From Caldilineaceae bacterium (lineage in GTDB: Bacteria > Chloroflexota > Anaerolineae > Caldilineales > Caldilineaceae), in NCBI GenBank assembly GCA_965204705.1, contig CBDBFE010000001.1, positions 35,827 through 99,826 on the forward strand: 64,000 nucleotides of DNA. Reading direction: 5' to 3'. Positions 50,334 to 59,337 of this stretch are shown here, one piece after another. The notes beneath the pieces were generated by a model, which saw only the letters and a program-made list of their open reading frames with translations, ran no database searches and was not told where the DNA came from. Both the position numbers and the translations under genes were made by a program. Positions within the stretch are counted from its first letter, which is position 1. The number at the start of each line of letters is the position of its first letter.

Positions 50334-51209
50334 GTGAAGCATGAACAAGAATTCGACAGGTTCCTCTCCAAGGAAGTAAACCTCAACGCATCCCGACTCA
50401 CTGACTTGAACAGAAGGGTTTCTTATATTACCTCTCTCCTCGAGGACTTGGATTCGTTCAAAACAGTCGAGAAGCAGGGTTCGTATGCGTTAGGCACAGT
50501 CATCAAACCAACCAGGGGCCGTGGATATGACGCTGACCTATTGCTTCATATGCATCATTCCCCAGGCAAAGAGCCGAAGGACTACATAAGAGATGTTTAT
50601 AAACGTCTCAAAAGGGACAAGGACTTCAGTGATAAAGTGCATTTAGCAACCAGGTGCGCTTACATTGAGTATGTAGGAGATTTCCATTTGGATATCGTGC
50701 CTTGTGTCACGAAAGGAAAACAGATATTTATTTTCAATGGTAGGGACAACAAGATCGAAGTAACGGACGGGACCGGCTATAGAGACTGGCTCAACCAGAA
50801 GAACGAAATCACAGACGGACAGCTTAAGAAAGTCACGAAACTGCTTAAATATCTTAGAGATCACAAGAACAATTTCCTTGTCAAATCAATTCTCCTGACT
50901 ACACTTGTTGGCCTCAACGTACATGACAATGAGGTGGGCAGCAAAGCCTATACAGATACGCCAACCGCGTTGAAGACGATTTCAAATCGCATAAATTCCT
51001 TCTTGCAGAATAATGAGCGAATGCCAACAATCCGAAATCCAGCCTTGCGAAGCGAGAAATTCACAAGGCGCTGGGATCAAAAGAAATACAGCCAGTTCAG
51101 AAAAATGTTCAACATCTACAACGGCAAGATAAATGAGGCATTCGACGCTACTGATCCGGACGAGAGCATTGCCCAATGGCAAAAGCTGTTTGGAAGGAAT
51201 TTTGGTTAA
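50334..51209 (+). CDS. Minimal Pol-beta-fold nucleotidyltransferase, SMODS/CD-NTase-like
   Basis: ORF track 291 aa (GTG start, GAAGGA upstream). QGSYALGTVIKP (G-S motif), GYDADLLLH (DxD), FHLDIVPC (third acidic residue), with an N-terminal helix before the GS motif as in SMODS proteins. Lowest GC in the window (22/60 in line 50701). Confidence 0.65.
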   Translation: MKHEQEFDRFLSKEVNLNASRLTDLNRRVSYITSLLEDLDSFKTVEKQGSYALGTVIKPTRGRGYDADLLLHMHHSPGKEPKDYIRDVYKRLKRDKDFSDKVHLATRCAYIEYVGDFHLDIVPCVTKGKQIFIFNGRDNKIEVTDGTGYRDWLNQKNEITDGQLKKVTKLLKYLRDHKNNFLVKSILLTTLVGLNVHDNEVGSKAYTDTPTALKTISNRINSFLQNNERMPTIRNPALRSEKFTRRWDQKKYSQFRKMFNIYNGKINEAFDATDPDESIAQWQKLFGRNFG

Positions 51210-51339
51210 CTGTGCGTGATTCCAAAAAATTGGAGCACGAGTTGAGGCATATAATAGAGAGGTTCACTAAGTAAGTGGAGGTGACCTGCCCCCGACGTTT
51301 GTACCACCCGTTATGTTAGTCCGACAGGCACAGGGACAG

Positions 51340-51450
51340 GGTCGGCAGGCAAGAGGGCCTCAGGCACCGGCCGCGGTCATGCCTTGCGCCAGGCCCACGC
51401 GACCGCTGACTTCACCCGGCAGGCAATCGTCGACTCGCTCATACCGACAA
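51340..51450 (-). pseudogene. Tyrosine-recombinase gene remnant (short, internally deleted)
   Basis: GCCGCGGTCATGCCTTGCGCCAGGCCCACGCGACCGCTGACTTCACCCGGCAGGCAATCGTCGACTCGCTCATACCGA aligns with 58205-58330 (same orientation), lacking about 50 nt. Translates …GMSESTIACRVKS… / RVGLAQGM…. Confidence 0.55.
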
Positions 51451-51526
51451 CCGAACTATCATCTCCGGCGGCGCGATGCGCTACTGTTATATCACTGACA
51501 CACGTTCATGAATTCCCGAACGGAGA

Positions 51527-52621
51527 CTATGAATCCACGGGAACGGATGCGGGGAACAAATTGCCACTCCCAAGCATCTCTTCGATCGACAGGGCCTGCG
51601 CTCCTGAGAGATCGGAAACATATCGGATGTCGGAGACTCCGTGGGGGATATCTGACGGAAGGGAAGGAACTACCTCAACTTGGTAAAACCTCAGCGATTC
51701 TGAGGCAATCTCAGAATCGAAGCCCGCCTCGAGTCCAGTCCTCCAATTGGTTCCCAGAGTGCTGGCGACAACGTAATCGAGCCTCTTCAATGCTTCCGAA
51801 CTACCAACTCGGCGTCGTATCCTTTCTAGCAATGTCCTCACTTTCGGACCGCCACCTGAACTTTCAACGAAGACTGATGCAATGGCTACTCGCGTACCCG
51901 CGGGCGGATGGAGTTGCCGATGCGAGAAGCTATGCATCCGGGTTCTTCGGCTGGTGCTCTTAATCTCGAGACGCTCCGGCCCGCTGTTAAAGTCGTAAGC
52001 ATCTGTGGATTCCGCACGCCAGCCTTCCAGAAGGACCTCAGGATCCCGAGCCTGAGCAATCAGCCACAACTCGGCCCAAAGACCTTGGATCGTTCCCCTG
52101 GGAGGCTGGGATGCTAGTCTGAATAGCTCGATAAGCCCAGCGACCATCCGGCGAAGCTCATCGCTTGTTGGCGTCTCTCCAAGTGATCGAAGCAAAGTTT
52201 CGGATGCATCGAAGAACCTGTCCCTCAGAAGTGCATCAGAGTCGACGCACGTCAACACAGAGAACTGCTCACGCCCTACCTCTACACCTGCCTCGCTGAT
52301 AGAGCAATGCATCCCGTGCCCCACTCGAAGATGTCGGCCCTCGAAGTCCGACAAAACCGCGGCCCCAGCCGTGTGAGTGGTCTCGACGAGAATAGCTGGG
52401 TTCCCCTGATGGTCCCGACCGACGCGATAGCGAGAATGGCGGGCTATGCGCGCCGTCTCGTAGACTCGCCCATGGCTAGACGCAGGCACTCTGAGTCCAG
52501 CGAACAGTTTCTTAAGATCCCGTGCCCTCGCGCCCCGCGTCAAGGTGCACTCCCTATCGTTAGGTTGCCATCTCGGTGAAGACTCCCACGCGCATGAACT
52601 TAGGCATCCATAAGGAGACAA
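51527..52621 (-). CDS. PD-(D/E)XK motif protein (DUF4420-like) of the Z1 cluster
   Basis: ORF track 364 aa. The true start is probably downstream of the overlap with the Z1 gene (for example TTG at 52543). GLWAELWLIAQ…YDFNSGPERLEIKST gives the D…ExK core typical of this family (recall). Confidence 0.65.
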   Translation of the reverse strand: MSPYGCLSSCAWESSPRWQPNDRECTLTRGARARDLKKLFAGLRVPASSHGRVYETARIARHSRYRVGRDHQGNPAILVETTHTAGAAVLSDFEGRHLRVGHGMHCSISEAGVEVGREQFSVLTCVDSDALLRDRFFDASETLLRSLGETPTSDELRRMVAGLIELFRLASQPPRGTIQGLWAELWLIAQARDPEVLLEGWRAESTDAYDFNSGPERLEIKSTSRRTRMHSFSHRQLHPPAGTRVAIASVFVESSGGGPKVRTLLERIRRRVGSSEALKRLDYVVASTLGTNWRTGLEAGFDSEIASESLRFYQVEVVPSLPSDIPHGVSDIRYVSDLSGAQALSIEEMLGSGNLFPASVPVDS

Positions 52622-54866
52622 CTGGTACGTGCCCCCGCAGAAGACTTGGCGGCCGCGCCGAGTCGGTTAGGTTTAGATCATGGATCTGCACGGTAACCGT
52701 TTCATCGGAGCGGATGTCCCGATCTCCCGGGTATACGCTTCCGCGAAGTTTCACAGGTTGAACGGGGGCAGCCCCCTGGAACAAGTTAACTATCCGTCCG
52801 TGGTAGTCGATCTGCCGGCGGCGCTTCCCCCCGCCCGGCAGTATGGAGCGCCGATCAGCCATGAGATAGACAACTGCAGACGCTTCAGGATTGCTCTTTA
52901 GATGCCACTGGATCGCCAACTCCGCAGCCGAGAAATTCGGGGCATCACGCCAGGAGTACCACATGCGTACCAGGAGGTTCTCGAGGAGACTCTTAAGGGA
53001 AATGCCTTCCGCGAAAGCGTTCCGTTGCTCTAGCGTCCGCTGGTCGCTCCCGGGATCCTCTTGAAACGAGAGCCCTTCAAGGAATGCCTCAATGACGTCC
53101 CAGTTTGATGCTATCTTGGCGTCTTCCTCTGGAGTCCATGGCTGTATCTGGTGCGTCCACTCTGGGACCTTTAAGTGTTGGTAGATTTCCGGCAACACGG
53201 AGCGACGAGTTGGACGGAGTGACTGGGCGAGCAGCATTCGCCTCCGCCAATCCGCCATCGAATGCCCTGACTGGGCGAGCCCACGGAGTTCCTCCATCAC
53301 ATGGGATTCATGATCAATGTAATTCTCGTAGTCTCTTCTGACATCAGCATCAAGAAAGACACGGCAGAGGCCCAGATAGTCCCGCTTATAGCCAAAGAAC
53401 CTTCCACGCTGTTGAATCGTGTCGGCAACGCCCCCTCCGCGCCCTCTCGGCATATAAGTGGTGGTTAGGCCATTGACAGTGAACCCTCTACCCAAGTTTT
53501 CGCCGCCCACGAGTATGTGTGAATGTGCTGAACTCCAGTTGTCTTGGGTCCATGATTTCAACACACTGGAATTCACCTCCCAAGTCCGAGTAGTACGCAT
53601 GGATGTAGGTAGGTACTCAAGGACGTCTTCAAATGCAGGGAACGTCTCGTGGCCGTCGTTCTGTTGCCTGTAAGCTTCTACCGACTCTGCTAGATCGTCG
53701 TAGGTGTCGCGGAAGGCCTCAACGAGTTCCTCGCGATCGGGCTCTCCAAGAGCAAGTTCAAGTAACTCCGCCCACGATTCCGTGGCTCCTTCAACCCACT
53801 TCTTGAACTGATAGTGGTCCATTTTGTACATCGACGGATGGACGAGCATCGAACGATGCTCCTGTGTGGGCTCGCTTTTCCCGCGATGGTAAGCCTGAAC
53901 TGCGACTCCAACATAAAATAGACGCAACGCCTCTAGCAGACTGTCAGGCGGTGCGACGTCGCTCTCATCGTCTATGACTTGCAGGTCGTGCTCTGGAATC
54001 GTGCTCACGAGCCTACCGCCATTGAAGAACGATCGTCCCCCGCAGTAGCCGGTGCCGGCGGCGAGAGTCCACCCGAATCGAGGAGACAGACTATCCAGAA
54101 CCTTGATCAATAGGAGAGCCTGTGGCGTCGCGGTGTACTGGACGTACGTGTGCCGTGGAAGCGCACCACGCAACGAGAGCAAGGCTTCGTATACTGGGCT
54201 AGTTTCATCCTGTTTGACCTTGGTGTTGAGTCCGTGCTGATCCGCCTCATCGTCGATGATCAGGCAGGGCAGGCCGCTGAGATCCAACTGACGCAGGGCA
54301 TCAACGAGGCCATTCACGCGCCGCTTACTCTTGAGCACGGTTATCAATGCGGTTTTTCGTGGGAAGCCTGGCAACTCAGGCTGGCCCCATTGCTGTAGTA
54401 GGTGACTAAGCTGCTGTGGGAGATCCGGGTTGTTGGTCTGAGCTTCGAAAATGACCCATCGACCAGCGGTGTTCCCAAGATCCAGATCGTGTCTGAGTCG
54501 CTTCACGGTTTGGTTGTAGAGGTTCAACTTCGTGCCCGAAAGCACTATAATTAACGGGAAGCGATTGTCGCACGCGAGCGCCGCGACAGTTGTGAATGAG
54601 AGGGTCTTTCCGCTCTGCACGTAACCGACGACAAGGCCGGTTTCCTGCGCGTCCTCCTCTTCGCTCGGAGAGACGCAGCGTGCAATGATCTTCATTCCAG
54701 ACTGCACGATTTCATTTCGAGCGCTCTTGGGAAGTCCTAGATCAGCCTGTCGCTTCAGGAGGCGCAGTGCTTCCCCGTCCTCCACCAACAGGGGACGCCA
54801 CCGCCATCCTGGAGGTAATTCGCCTGCGAGTTCAGTTATGACCTCGCCCCCTTTTCCGTTCGCCAT
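52560..54866 (-). CDS. Z1-domain protein (SF2 helicase-like P-loop NTPase + Z1 domain)
   Basis: Track ORF 52560..54926. Likely start MANGKGGEV at 54866 (GGAGGA 5 nt upstream). Walker A GYVQSGKTLSF, Walker B LIIDDEADQHG. Layout as in Z1-domain proteins found with C5-MTases. Confidence 0.75.
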   Translation of the reverse strand: MANGKGGEVITELAGELPPGWRWRPLLVEDGEALRLLKRQADLGLPKSARNEIVQSGMKIIARCVSPSEEEDAQETGLVVGYVQSGKTLSFTTVAALACDNRFPLIIVLSGTKLNLYNQTVKRLRHDLDLGNTAGRWVIFEAQTNNPDLPQQLSHLLQQWGQPELPGFPRKTALITVLKSKRRVNGLVDALRQLDLSGLPCLIIDDEADQHGLNTKVKQDETSPVYEALLSLRGALPRHTYVQYTATPQALLLIKVLDSLSPRFGWTLAAGTGYCGGRSFFNGGRLVSTIPEHDLQVIDDESDVAPPDSLLEALRLFYVGVAVQAYHRGKSEPTQEHRSMLVHPSMYKMDHYQFKKWVEGATESWAELLELALGEPDREELVEAFRDTYDDLAESVEAYRQQNDGHETFPAFEDVLEYLPTSMRTTRTWEVNSSVLKSWTQDNWSSAHSHILVGGENLGRGFTVNGLTTTYMPRGRGGGVADTIQQRGRFFGYKRDYLGLCRVFLDADVRRDYENYIDHESHVMEELRGLAQSGHSMADWRRRMLLAQSLRPTRRSVLPEIYQHLKVPEWTHQIQPWTPEEDAKIASNWDVIEAFLEGLSFQEDPGSDQRTLEQRNAFAEGISLKSLLENLLVRMWYSWRDAPNFSAAELAIQWHLKSNPEASAVVYLMADRRSILPGGGKRRRQIDYHGRIVNLFQGAAPVQPVKLRGSVYPGDRDIRSDETVTVQIHDLNLTDSARPPSLLRGHVPVVSLWMPKFMRVGVFTEMAT

Positions 54867-54891
54867 TTCGTCCTCCGTTCTTTGGTAAACT

Positions 54892-56514
54892 CTACGGCTT
54901 AGAAAAAACCTTTCCGAGCAGATCATTGAATCGCCGTCTCACCTCGCCCGCTTGGCGAGCGCCGGCCTGACGGGCAGTTATCTCGGCGATTGCCAACCCG
55001 GCCGCAAAGCGCGTTAGCAACTCCAGGTTCTCGTAGCCGATTCCCACATAGCGCTCAGAGAAAGGGTGTCTTAGCGACATGCGTAGCCGAATGACATCAT
55101 GTTGACCGCTATCGCCCGACTCCATGTGTTCAGCGATCTCGAACCAGTCTTGCAAATGCGAAGGCTCATTGGAGACCTCAACAGTGACGCGCCACCTTCT
55201 TGAACGATAAGCTAGATCGATCGTTGCGGGGAACAATTCTGTTCCGGGTGATAAGTCATCGGGCAGCGGGCTTTCGGTGGGGACCAACTCGCCAACCCTC
55301 GAGTTACTGAACTCCCGACCTAGTACGGACGCTGTTCCCTCCGAGGCACTCTTTGCTTCGTCGCTCAGGCGAGTCTCAGGTGAGCGTCTGGCCCCGGTTC
55401 GCAGGCCCCGCGCCTGCCTTATCAGCGGCAGCGGCTCATCGTCAGCGTACTCACGCAGAAGGTCGACGAACGGCTCTTCATGCTCCTCCCATCGGAAACC
55501 ATCCTTGGTGTGCGAAATCTCGAACCCTTCGAGCGTCAGTTCGCCAAAGAGGCGCTGGTACTCGTACGAGTTAGATGCTCCGAATATCGCCCGGGGTCGG
55601 TAAGTTTCATCCCCGCTTCCCTCGATGAGGCGTTTCCGACGGAAGAGGGCCAGCCCTGCGTTTGCTGTGCTTCCAACTGCACGTATTGCCAGGAACCCGT
55701 GTGCTCGCAGACCACCACCCAAGTCGAAGTCAATTGGCTTTGACCAGCGCTTATGCTCCCCCTCTGGATCGTCGAATCGTGGTCCCCGAAAGATTTCCAC
55801 TTCTTCATCAACAAGCTTCTGCTCTGGGTTTGTACCATGCTGAAACACCAGTTCAAAAGAACCGTCACGAAGGAACATTCGGTAGATGCTTGCCAGGTGC
55901 TGCCGAATCTTGCTGATCGTCTTCCCGTAAGGTGGGCTATGGAGACCAGAGACGATCACGTCCGTGCCATGAGCCTCCAGCGGAGCGGGGAATGTCTCTG
56001 GCTGCACTGTTTCAAGTCTCTTCTCGACTATCTCGTTGAAGTCGAGTGTTATCTCACGACGAACGGACTCGCCAAGGGCTTTGGACCGCACTGTGAGCCT
56101 ACGTCCAAACCAAGCGGCAGCCGTCTTCATACCCATCCCAAACTCGGCCAGACCTGATACGTCAGGTGGAGGCTCTGCCGGACGAAGCGCCCGCGCCCAC
56201 TCATCGCGATAGATACCCGCCGCGTTGTCCGAAACCTGAATGAAGCCCCCGTCTGATGTGTCGATCTTTACCTTCACGAGCAGCTTACCAGTGTGGCCGT
56301 CGACCCGGGCAAGCTCATGCTGGTGGTCCTGAAAGCTCTGAATGGCGTTGTCTACGAACTCCGCAGCAGCGAACCACGGTCGATAGTTCAGATGCCGGAA
56401 CACGCCTAGTACGCTCACCTCCGGTCGAATGTCTATCGACTCGACATCTGGGGTAAACGACGTTTGGCTCTCAGCCCCTGTTCTTTCATCAGGTTTGGGT
56501 GTCAACTGGTCCAT
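54892..56514 (-). CDS. GHKL-superfamily ATPase (HATPase_c_3 / MORC-like)
   Basis: ORF track 540 aa. N-box AAEFVDNAIQSF, G1 VSDNAAGI, G2 AEFGMGMKTAAAWFG. Overlaps the MTase stop by 26 nt. Confidence 0.75.
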   Translation of the reverse strand: MDQLTPKPDERTGAESQTSFTPDVESIDIRPEVSVLGVFRHLNYRPWFAAAEFVDNAIQSFQDHQHELARVDGHTGKLLVKVKIDTSDGGFIQVSDNAAGIYRDEWARALRPAEPPPDVSGLAEFGMGMKTAAAWFGRRLTVRSKALGESVRREITLDFNEIVEKRLETVQPETFPAPLEAHGTDVIVSGLHSPPYGKTISKIRQHLASIYRMFLRDGSFELVFQHGTNPEQKLVDEEVEIFRGPRFDDPEGEHKRWSKPIDFDLGGGLRAHGFLAIRAVGSTANAGLALFRRKRLIEGSGDETYRPRAIFGASNSYEYQRLFGELTLEGFEISHTKDGFRWEEHEEPFVDLLREYADDEPLPLIRQARGLRTGARRSPETRLSDEAKSASEGTASVLGREFSNSRVGELVPTESPLPDDLSPGTELFPATIDLAYRSRRWRVTVEVSNEPSHLQDWFEIAEHMESGDSGQHDVIRLRMSLRHPFSERYVGIGYENLELLTRFAAGLAIAEITARQAGARQAGEVRRRFNDLLGKVFSKP

Positions 56515-57841
56515 TTGGACTCTCCGTTATGGAGTCGTCATTGCAGAGAAGTCTGGCCGCGATCCGGTAGACCACACCAACATGCACGGCGTTGCCTAGC
56601 GCCCTAAAAGTTGCCGTCCGAGAGTCTGGTACGTGAAAGGTACTTGGAAAGCCCTGCAGACGTAAGCCTTCTACTCGCGAGAGGTGTCGACGCATCGGCC
56701 CCAGAATAGGAATCTGCGTTGATGTCATCGCAACTAGAGACGGGCTGTTCCTATACCTCTTCACGCGAAGGCCTGATGGTCTGAACTGAAGAATATGCTT
56801 CCACAGATCTCTGACTTCCCCTTGGCAGTTCCACTCCAGCTTTCGAAGAGAGGGAGGAAATGATCGAAGCCTTAGAACCCAGTCCGAGGGGAGTTCACTC
56901 TGTATTGAAGACAACCATGTTCGATTGGCTTTGATGAATCGCACCTTCCACTGAGGGAAATGTCCAACTCGGCTCCGGGCGTAGCTCGGCAGTGCCTGGA
57001 AGCTTTCCAGCGTCACTTCCGTGCCATTCTTAGGGGGGGGACCTTTGCCAGCGCCGATCACGTGGGCCCAGGGAGTCATGTCTTCATAGGGATAGTCGGC
57101 GTCAATCTCGTCTCCCCAGATCGGAAATGACGGGAGTTCGGCTCTCTCTTCTGGCAACGCTTTTAGGAAGGCATTCCAGTGCTCGATACACCGACGGTGC
57201 TGGTCGACGATCTGCGTTTCCTTTCGGTCACGCTCCGTTAGCTCGTCGCCAGACTGAACGACTCTGTTCATCGAGGTGACTGCTGTTCGGTCCCTAGGAG
57301 GGAAAATGTCCTTCGGTATGCATGTGTGTGAAGCCACTGCAAAAAAGCGCTCGCGGTGGTGTGGGAAGCCCAAATGGTGAGGTGAAAGCAGCCCTTTACC
57401 GCCGCTGACCCTATGTTCAGTCGCGCTAACGTGGTAGCCAAGTCCTCTCAAGCTAGACTTGACGATACGCCACGTTCGCCCCTCGTCGTGACGCTCGAAG
57501 TTGCCAACGTTTTCCAGAATCACATAGCTGGGTCGATGCCGTTTCAGGACGTCGAGAATTTCGTGAAATAGGGTTCCAGATGTCTCATCGTTCAATCCAG
57601 CCTGAGTCCCCGACTTGGAGAAGGGCTGACATGGAAACCCCGCACATAGCACGTCGTGAGGGGGCACTTGCTGCTTGGAAGCACGAATGTCGCCTTGGAT
57701 TTCCGACCCATGAGGAAAGTTTCGGCGATAGAGTTCCCGCAGCATAGGGTCTATTTCGCATGAGAAGACGCACTCGTGTCCGAGACTTTCTAGCGCGACA
57801 CGGAAGCCCCCGAGGCCAGCGAACAGGTCAACGAACCTCAT
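56489..57841 (-). CDS. DNA (cytosine-5) methyltransferase
   Basis: ORF track 450 aa. Motif I DLFAGLGGF, motif IV GFPCQPFS, motif VI ILENV, then RLQGFP and motif X GNAV. Confidence 0.9.
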   Translation of the reverse strand: MRFVDLFAGLGGFRVALESLGHECVFSCEIDPMLRELYRRNFPHGSEIQGDIRASKQQVPPHDVLCAGFPCQPFSKSGTQAGLNDETSGTLFHEILDVLKRHRPSYVILENVGNFERHDEGRTWRIVKSSLRGLGYHVSATEHRVSGGKGLLSPHHLGFPHHRERFFAVASHTCIPKDIFPPRDRTAVTSMNRVVQSGDELTERDRKETQIVDQHRRCIEHWNAFLKALPEERAELPSFPIWGDEIDADYPYEDMTPWAHVIGAGKGPPPKNGTEVTLESFQALPSYARSRVGHFPQWKVRFIKANRTWLSSIQSELPSDWVLRLRSFPPSLRKLEWNCQGEVRDLWKHILQFRPSGLRVKRYRNSPSLVAMTSTQIPILGPMRRHLSRVEGLRLQGFPSTFHVPDSRTATFRALGNAVHVGVVYRIAARLLCNDDSITESPNGPVDTQT

Positions 57842-58097
57842 GCCGGCCCCCTGTATAGATTCCTCTAGCCTTGTTATCTGACATTCCCGATTTGGATACT
57901 CCTAGCCCATGCTGTCTCCTCACCTACTTGGTTGAGAGACCAGCGGGTTGCCGCCGTCAGAAGCAGCCTAGCCGCCGCGTCGTCCCTATGGTGCCGCACC
58001 TTGGTGCTGGACGTATCCGGAAGCGTCGGCATGGCATATCTACTTGCCCTGCTCTACCTGGTGTACGGCCTTTTCGTCTGGGCCAACCACAGTTGCT

Positions 58098-58427
58098 TTA
58101 CAGCCACTGCAGGGTAGCGCCGGTCGAGTTCACCTTTGTATAGCGGGCAACCGTGCCCGCGTTCCTCCATCTCCCCAGGGCCATGACGGCCTGGGTGGAA
58201 GCGCCGGCCGCGGCCATGCGTTGCGCCAGGCCCACACGGCCGCTGTGCCCGCTGAACCGGTCGCCCAGGCCTGCAGCTGCGGCCGCTGCCTTCACCCGGC
58301 GGGCAACCGTCGACTCGCTCATACCGAAAACGGAGTCCTCAGCGCCCGCGCCGTCGCGGATCGCATCCAGGTGCGCTATTGCAACCGGGGTCAGATAGAC
58401 CGTGCGCGGGGTGGCGTCCGACATCAC
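58098..58427 (-). pseudogene. Tyrosine recombinase/integrase, C-terminal fragment only
   Basis: ORF track 109 aa. …FSGHSGRVGLAQRM…ALGRWRNAGTVARYTK (HxxR and the catalytic-Tyr region). The N-terminal two-thirds of a normal integrase are absent. Confidence 0.65.
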
Positions 58428-58591
58428 CCAGCAGAGCGCAATATCGACTGCGATATGTTTGCCCGCAACGTCACCAACTTGCTAATGGTTTCGGAGGCGA
58501 TCTTACGCCCAAAGCCTTCACCCACAATCTCCTCACCCTAGCATACATTCAGAATTTCTGCACATCTGACAGGAGCTTGTCAAGATTATAA

Positions 58592-58864
58592 TTGTGTGCC
58601 ACTATAAACAGGCCGCCCGCACGAATAGCCCAAAAGGGAGACATAGACGTGGATCAACACAAAGCCAACGATACGCTCAATCCACCCGCCAGACGCTCGC
58701 CAGCGTCACGGCGCACTGCCAAAATTTCGTTATCTCTGACACCGAACGAAAAGCGCCGGATCATTGATGCTGCCGAAGCCACCGACCGCATCATTTCCGA
58801 CTTCTTGAGAGAGGAAATCATGCTCGTAGTGGCGCAGATCGAGAAGCAAAAACCCAGCGCATGA
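58592..58864 (+). CDS. Small ribbon-helix-helix-like protein
   Basis: ORF track 90 aa (start perhaps GTG 58649). …KISLSLTPNEKRRIIDAAEATDRIISDFLREEI… has the beta-strand-helix-helix pattern of RHH antitoxin/MobC-type proteins. Confidence 0.4.
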   Translation: MCATINRPPARIAQKGDIDVDQHKANDTLNPPARRSPASRRTAKISLSLTPNEKRRIIDAAEATDRIISDFLREEIMLVVAQIEKQKPSA

Positions 58865-58952
58865 ATGAGCGACAGAGCGGACGGCCGCAGATCGCAGCCG
58901 GGTCCGAAATATCCAGCCCGAACCCGCCACCGGCTAGATTGTAATCAACATC

Positions 58953-59264
58953 ATGGATTCAGTATCGCAATGGGATAGAGAGGTTATCGGAGAGCGCACC
59001 AGCGCCATTCTGCAAGATCTCAAAGCGCAGGGAAAATCCACCGGGAATCCCAACTATGGCTTTGAAGCCGGCGAGGACGGGAAACTCATCGAAAACGAGC
59101 AGGAGCAAGCCGTCCTGCAGCGCGTCGCGAAACTGCGCGCCCAGCGCAAAAGCTGGGCCAGAGTGACCAGCGCGCTCACAGACGCCGGCATACGCACCCG
59201 ACGCGGCACCGCGTTCAGCCGGCAAGGCCTGTCCAAAATCGCAAAGAGAGCAGGGATCAAATAA
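58953..59264 (+). pseudogene. Serine recombinase, C-terminal fragment (catalytic domain missing)
   Basis: ORF track 103 aa. …EREVIGERTSAILQDLKAQGKSTGNPNYGFE…ENEQEQAVLQRVAKLRAQRKSWARVTSALTDAGIRT resembles the post-catalytic E-helix and recombinase domain. No N-terminal Ser catalytic domain lies upstream. Confidence 0.55.
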
Positions 59265-59337
59265 AAGAGGACGGCCCCGATCTGCCAATCGGGGCCCACT
59301 ACCACTGAGACCCACCCGTGAAAGGAGCCTCGCCCAC

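Noticed and set aside
43325-51209. BREX, DISARM, Lamassu, Avs or canonical CBASS assignment for the MTase and downstream cassette
   Set aside because: There are no PglZ/BrxC/BrxL, no SNF2/DUF1998/PLD, no SMC-like or STAND NTPase (I searched both large proteins by eye for GxxxxGK[ST] and found none), and no SAVED, TIR, patatin or 2TM effector, nor E1/E2/JAB accessory genes.
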